Assembly: GCA_043753995.1 (NCBI GenBank)
Contig: JAYUVP010000162.1
Span: forward strand, 1 to 21,221
Length of the DNA stretch: 21,221 nucleotides
Source of the DNA: Fibrobacterota bacterium
Lineage (GTDB): Bacteria; Fibrobacterota; Fibrobacteria; UBA11236
Direction: 5' to 3'
A program made the position numbers and the translations under genes. Numbering within the stretch: the stretch's first letter is position 1; each line of letters starts with the position of its first letter. Under the pieces are notes generated by a model, which saw nothing but the letters and a program-made list of their open reading frames with translations, was not told the origin of the DNA and did not search any database. This document shows positions 16,971-21,221 of this stretch, in pieces.

Positions 16971-19495
16971 GAAGAAAATGGACTATAGGGATATTGGTTC
17001 TTTTATTGGCTGTATCGCAACCCAGAGCGGGGTTATTCGACTGGATTCCAATTCCAAAATTCGATTTTGACGATATTGTTCATGTAGTTCGGAGGGCGCT
17101 CAATATTGTCGACAATGTCGTCATCAGCCCTGTTGTTAACCTGGGACGGGATGCATTTGATAATGTGCTTGGTGTTTTTGTTACTAGCTCGCTAATTACC
17201 GAAGCTGTCAAAAACCAAATCATTCAAACTATCGATCAGAACGTCAAAAATACCTACGGGATAGTTCTTTGCCCTACCGGAATCGCCGATGCAGACGCCT
17301 CACTTACTGTTTTCACTGATCCCGTGACTGGTCATCTCCTTTTCCAAGATAACCTGAATAAAAGTCGCTACGCCTATAGCGGAATCGAATCCGCAGATTT
17401 ACCGACTATAGGGATGTACGGTGGTGACGAAGATGGATATGCCCTAGTGGAACCTAGAGGAATCGTAACTGATTTCAACGGGAATTTTTGGCTGGCTGAT
17501 GCAAGGACCGGGCGCATTCACAGACTCCAGTACGACATTGCTATTAAAGCATTTGTTCTCTCTGGGGTGATCTCGGGGTTTGATAAACCCTATAGTGTCG
17601 CCTTTTCTCCTGGGCTGAACGACCGTCAAGACGATGATGTTCTATACATCGTGGACGCGGCCAGCAAATCCATATGTCGCATCAACCCCTGGTTCGGGAA
17701 AGGGGAAGTATTAAATAATACTATCGGATATTCTTGTATGCATTCGATTGGTAGCGCAATTCTAAACCAACCCCTCGCTGTGGCGGTCGAAAATAACTCT
17801 CAGCATGACGCGACTGGTTCCGCAACAATCTTCTATGTTGCCTATGCCGGAAGGCAAATTGCAAAAGTGCAAGATAATGGCGGTGATTTGACGCTCCTTG
17901 GGGTCACCTCGGTGGGTGCCCCTTCAGCAAAGATCACTAGCCTCTTTTGCGATTCACGTGGAATGTTATACGCCGTGGATAATGGGAACAGCCAGGTTCT
18001 TTACCTGAATACCGAGGGTAATCAATTGTCCACGGCCTTTGCCTTTGGCACACAGGGTACAGGTAGCTCGTTAAACACAGTGAAGTTCAACAGCCCAAAG
18101 TCAGTGGCGGTATACGGAACTACTGTCGTGGTATCGGAAACTTGGTCAGGGCAATCAGGAATTCAGAGATTCCATGCGATACCCACTTTGGACAGGGCGA
18201 ATACCTCGGTAGCGCTAAATCCCGGAAACAGTTCGGTCATGAACTGGAAGCTGGCTTTATCCCAGCAGGCTACCCTTCTATTAAGTCTGTCCTATTTTTC
18301 AGACCCTGCTGACCTTTCCAACGGAATTGAGGTTTTTAAGACCAATTTAACCCTTCAGCCAGGAGTCGTTACGGAGTCCTTTCCCTTCGTCGGAAACACT
18401 GGCACGTACAATCAAAGTTCACTTTTCGAAAATGGCCTATACAGGTTCACTATCTCGGTATTTACTCCAGCCGATCTCACGAATCCTACCGATGTTTATT
18501 CCAATGATGTTGTCCTGTCCACTCCAACAGGTCAACCCAGAATCGAAGTTGAGATGAAGGAGAGCGCGATTTCTGAGCCTGATATCTCCAAACCCCAGAT
18601 TATCCTGAAAAATCTCTCATCAAGCCCGCTCCAGGGATTCACAATTCGACTGTGGATGAATCGGGAGGAAATGCCTTCTCAAGATATTATCGTGGATCGG
18701 TATTATACCAACCCCTCCCCAATTGGAGTTTCAGTTGGAAATCATCCGCGAAATCCCAATTTAGTGTTTGCTGATTTTATTTATCCCTCTTCTTTCGTGC
18801 TAAACCCAGGCCAAACCACAATGGATCAGGGATTTCAGGTAGGTATCCATTTCAAGAACTACTACCCTGGTAAGTGGAGCCGAAGCAATGATTTCTCGTG
18901 GGATGGGATCACTGCAACCAATAGCATGACGCAGAATGTCACGGTTATTGGCTCTAATGGCCGGATACTTTATGGAACTTGGCCCGAAGTACTGCCCCCC
19001 CCTGCGCCACAACCACCACCAGCCAGTAGTCATCCTGTGTTGGGCTTTGAAAATGTGGCCGAATGGTCCGCACCGCAAGCCTCCATTTCGTTGAATACAT
19101 CCACCATCACCGAAGGTGCTGCTTCATTAAGCGTGTCCGGGGGAGGGTGGTTTGCACTTAGGAGCACAACAATGGCTACCGGTGGCATTTCAGGTGAAAC
19201 CTCACATCTTGCATTGGATTTATTTGTCCCTGCAAGCCAACCCAACCCCTGGTGGCTGGGTTCGGTTGACCTTGTCGTCAATTGTCCCTCGGCGAATCTG
19301 CACAATGTCTATGTGGGACATGTTGAGTTGACGCCGCTGCCGCAGGGCCGATTTTCCACAATAATCTTCACAATTCCTCAGCAGGTAGTTTCGGTCTTGC
19401 AAGGCAGCTATAGTGATTTCACGCTAGAGTTCGACATTAATGTCAATGTAGGTGCGCCGCCGCTGCTCCTGGATTACGTCCGCTTTGTACCCTGA
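16967..19495 (+). CDS. Secreted multidomain protein: amphipathic N-terminal helices, NHL-repeat beta-propeller, Ig-like domain, CBM3-like domain, Pro linker, C-terminal carbohydrate-binding-like jelly-roll, 842 aa
   Basis: Signal peptide MRRKW...QPRA. NHL repeats (LVEPRGIVTDFNGNFWLADARTGRI; FDKPYSVAF; FGTQGTG..FNSPKSVAV). CBM3 pattern (PQIILKN...IRLW...QVGIH...WSRSNDFSW...NVTVIGSNGRILYGTWP), then PPPAPQPPP, then a VLGFE..W..EGAASL...LLDYVRF domain. Confidence 0.8.
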   Translation: MRRKWTIGILVLLLAVSQPRAGLFDWIPIPKFDFDDIVHVVRRALNIVDNVVISPVVNLGRDAFDNVLGVFVTSSLITEAVKNQIIQTIDQNVKNTYGIVLCPTGIADADASLTVFTDPVTGHLLFQDNLNKSRYAYSGIESADLPTIGMYGGDEDGYALVEPRGIVTDFNGNFWLADARTGRIHRLQYDIAIKAFVLSGVISGFDKPYSVAFSPGLNDRQDDDVLYIVDAASKSICRINPWFGKGEVLNNTIGYSCMHSIGSAILNQPLAVAVENNSQHDATGSATIFYVAYAGRQIAKVQDNGGDLTLLGVTSVGAPSAKITSLFCDSRGMLYAVDNGNSQVLYLNTEGNQLSTAFAFGTQGTGSSLNTVKFNSPKSVAVYGTTVVVSETWSGQSGIQRFHAIPTLDRANTSVALNPGNSSVMNWKLALSQQATLLLSLSYFSDPADLSNGIEVFKTNLTLQPGVVTESFPFVGNTGTYNQSSLFENGLYRFTISVFTPADLTNPTDVYSNDVVLSTPTGQPRIEVEMKESAISEPDISKPQIILKNLSSSPLQGFTIRLWMNREEMPSQDIIVDRYYTNPSPIGVSVGNHPRNPNLVFADFIYPSSFVLNPGQTTMDQGFQVGIHFKNYYPGKWSRSNDFSWDGITATNSMTQNVTVIGSNGRILYGTWPEVLPPPAPQPPPASSHPVLGFENVAEWSAPQASISLNTSTITEGAASLSVSGGGWFALRSTTMATGGISGETSHLALDLFVPASQPNPWWLGSVDLVVNCPSANLHNVYVGHVELTPLPQGRFSTIIFTIPQQVVSVLQGSYSDFTLEFDINVNVGAPPLLLDYVRFVP

Positions 19496-19517
19496 ATCAC
19501 ATTTTGGAGGCTTTTCC

Positions 19518-19820
19518 ATGTTTCGCTCGCTCCTCTTTTTCTCCATCACAATTGCGTTTCCCGCTTTTGCTGACTTGAACTGCCCGGAGGGGACTACTCC
19601 TTTGGTAAGAAAGGATGACGCCCAATGGATGAAAGCTTGTCTGGACTCAGTTAATCAACTCCACGGCCCCTTTGAGGTTTGGAGCCGACCAGCAGGTTCG
19701 GTGGCTGGAAGCGCCTACAGGCTGACTACTCAAGGCCAGTATTCGCATAACGCCAAGACCGGCACATGGGTGTTTTGGAACATTGAGGGAGAAGAGAGCG
19801 CCGAAAAAATCTTTCCCTGA
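19518..19820 (+). CDS. Small secreted MORN-variant/YwqK-like protein, 100 aa
   Basis: GGAGG RBS at 19506-19510. Signal peptide ending AFA, a CPEGT...C pair, and LHGPFEVW and QGQYSHNAKTGTWVFWNIEG matching the MORN_2 repeat pattern. Confidence 0.7.
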   Translation: MFRSLLFFSITIAFPAFADLNCPEGTTPLVRKDDAQWMKACLDSVNQLHGPFEVWSRPAGSVAGSAYRLTTQGQYSHNAKTGTWVFWNIEGEESAEKIFP

Positions 19821-19844
19821 TGAATTTCAGGGCATGGCCATTAT

Positions 19845-21221
19845 TCAATCCCGTCTCACCACGCCAATCAGCCGCGACGTGGAAGCCTTCACCGGCCTGA
19901 CGCCGCCTGGGAGAATCACGGTGACCTTCCAGATATAGGCACCGGTACCAGCGCGCATACCGTCCGAGGATTTTCCATTCCAAATCAAGCGCAGCTGATA
20001 GTGGCCAGTCACTTGATCCTGGCGTACCGCTCCACCGATTTGACCGGGAGATTCAAAAAGATCGGCGCTGACATTGCCCGCGACCCCGGCTACAAATTCG
20101 CCCAAATTACTGAATATTGCGCTTTCATAGCGAAAGGGTTTGTCCAAGGTGATGAGCAAGGACGGTCGTGTGACGGAGCCATCTAAGCCGGCGGGCAGAG
20201 GCAAACCACAGTCAGTTCCCGTGCAATTGCGCGCCAAGCCACGATTCGATCCTTGCACCGGCGTCCAGTCCCCGTTAGGGCTACGGCTGGAAAGCACGAA
20301 GGGTGTTTCCGAAGTCGTGCCCTGATGCGAATCGAAAAGCTTGGTGTCCCATTCAAGGTTTAAAACCGGAGGCGGCAAACGCTTATTGCCTTCGACCACC
20401 ACCCATCGGTTTTGCGGCGAAGGCCGAATGCCGACCATGTCCAAAATGCCAGCGGCAATGCGCAAGCTATCCCCTGGAGCCAGCAATAGTTTGGAGCCAG
20501 GATTCAAAAGCACAACCAGACGCGAGCCTTGAGCATCCACCGTGCCTTGCACCGTGATTTCGCTGGCAGGGGAAACTGCGCCTCCTCGCTGGGCTTGGAA
20601 GGGATGGATTTCGGTGCGAGCATATTGAATGCCTTCGCTGAAAGTCACCGTAAGCGTATCGGGCAAACTTGGGTCCTCGGCCGGGGAAAGCACCACGCGA
20701 TTCAAGACTGGTCCCGCGCTATCCAGCAGGGTGAAGGCAGAAAGGCGAGATTTGCCTTCATGCGTGAGAAAGGAGCGCCCAGGATTACGAGTGTCGCTTG
20801 TATAGCCTGTGACGCCCGCCGCGAATGGAGGGGTCAAGGAAAGGTCGAGTCGACTTCCGTTCACGACAAAGCTGCTATTGCCTGGAGTCAAGGTGCGCTT
20901 GGTCGCGGTGTCAGGAAACCAAAGTTGTATGGAGTCCGGCGGCGAAGCGAGGGCCTTGGAATAGAGCACGACGGCTTTATCCACGGCACCATCGCCATTG
21001 ATGTCTTGAAACCATCCCCGCACAGCCTGAGGAAAGGTTGCGGGCGTATAGAGATAGGCATGCGCGGAATCGTCGGAGTCCGTGGGGTCGGTATAATTTA
21101 CCCAGACGGTATCTCCTTCGGTCATGGCGATTTGCCCCGCGCCTGTGGCGGCGGGGGAGAGGTCTAAGGCCGAGACCGGAACGATCGATCGGAAAATGGC
21201 CGTGCGGGGACCCGTTTCAAC
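19845..21221 (-). CDS. 3' part of a large exported protein (Fibrobacter fibro-slime-protein-like repeats, FlgD-like C-terminal sorting domain); 5' end outside window
   Basis: The frame is open to the window edge (VETGPRTAIF...MTEGDTVWVNYTDP). It contains DINGDGAVD, DSAGPVL and DTLTVTFSE, and ends in IFSNLGEFV...LIWNGKSSDGMRAGTGAYIWK...RLIGVVRRD. Confidence 0.75.
   Translation of the reverse strand, partial: VETGPRTAIFRSIVPVSALDLSPAATGAGQIAMTEGDTVWVNYTDPTDSDDSAHAYLYTPATFPQAVRGWFQDINGDGAVDKAVVLYSKALASPPDSIQLWFPDTATKRTLTPGNSSFVVNGSRLDLSLTPPFAAGVTGYTSDTRNPGRSFLTHEGKSRLSAFTLLDSAGPVLNRVVLSPAEDPSLPDTLTVTFSEGIQYARTEIHPFQAQRGGAVSPASEITVQGTVDAQGSRLVVLLNPGSKLLLAPGDSLRIAAGILDMVGIRPSPQNRWVVVEGNKRLPPPVLNLEWDTKLFDSHQGTTSETPFVLSSRSPNGDWTPVQGSNRGLARNCTGTDCGLPLPAGLDGSVTRPSLLITLDKPFRYESAIFSNLGEFVAGVAGNVSADLFESPGQIGGAVRQDQVTGHYQLRLIWNGKSSDGMRAGTGAYIWKVTVILPGGVRPVKASTSRLIGVVRRD

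Noticed and set aside
712..21167. Numerous antisense and alternate-frame ORFs (e.g. 712-1602, 2518-3054, 11884-12501, 12742-13350, 20529-21167)
   Set aside because: They lie inside well-supported genes, have no recognisable motifs, and are expected shadows in GC-rich coding DNA.
1..21221. CRISPR array, IS/transposase, prophage, DGR/retron
   Set aside because: No spaced direct repeats, transposase, integrase, phage structural or reverse-transcriptase motifs were recognised.

Overview
Bacterial genomic window with 16 coding regions and one tRNA. The host is probably from the FCB superphylum, most likely Fibrobacterota. This is an inference from a TAnnTTTG-type promoter before the tRNA and the Fibrobacter-like C-terminus of the last ORF. 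Left to right: tRNA-Ser(UGA) on the - strand; a translationally coupled pair encoding a large Big_1/invasin-type Ig-repeat surface protein (with Ca-binding loops inserted into its last Ig domain) and an outer-membrane beta-barrel; then a core-like block of patatin, a monofunctional penicillin-binding transpeptidase (whose membrane anchor has no canonical in-frame start), orn, a stand-alone fabF, yciO, yraN, a membrane Ser/Thr kinase, a class I aminotransferase and ilvD. After a GC-rich, hairpin-dense intergenic element comes a visibly lower-GC four-gene operon (14299-19820) with a 'large exported protein + small partner' x2 layout. It encodes (1) a lipoprotein with FN3/IPT domains and a divergent phosphodiester-glycosidase (NAGPA/DUF2233) domain, (2) a 3-TM CxxC membrane protein, (3) a secreted amphipathic-helix/NHL-propeller/CBM3-like/jelly-roll protein and (4) a small secreted MORN/YwqK-like protein. 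This operon is the best candidate for an undescribed system: effector-immunity pairs or a polysaccharide-anchored surface enzyme system. The window ends in the 3' part of a large exported protein with a FlgD-like C-terminal sorting domain. All domain calls were made by eye from motifs; no searches were run, and GC comparisons come from sampled lines.
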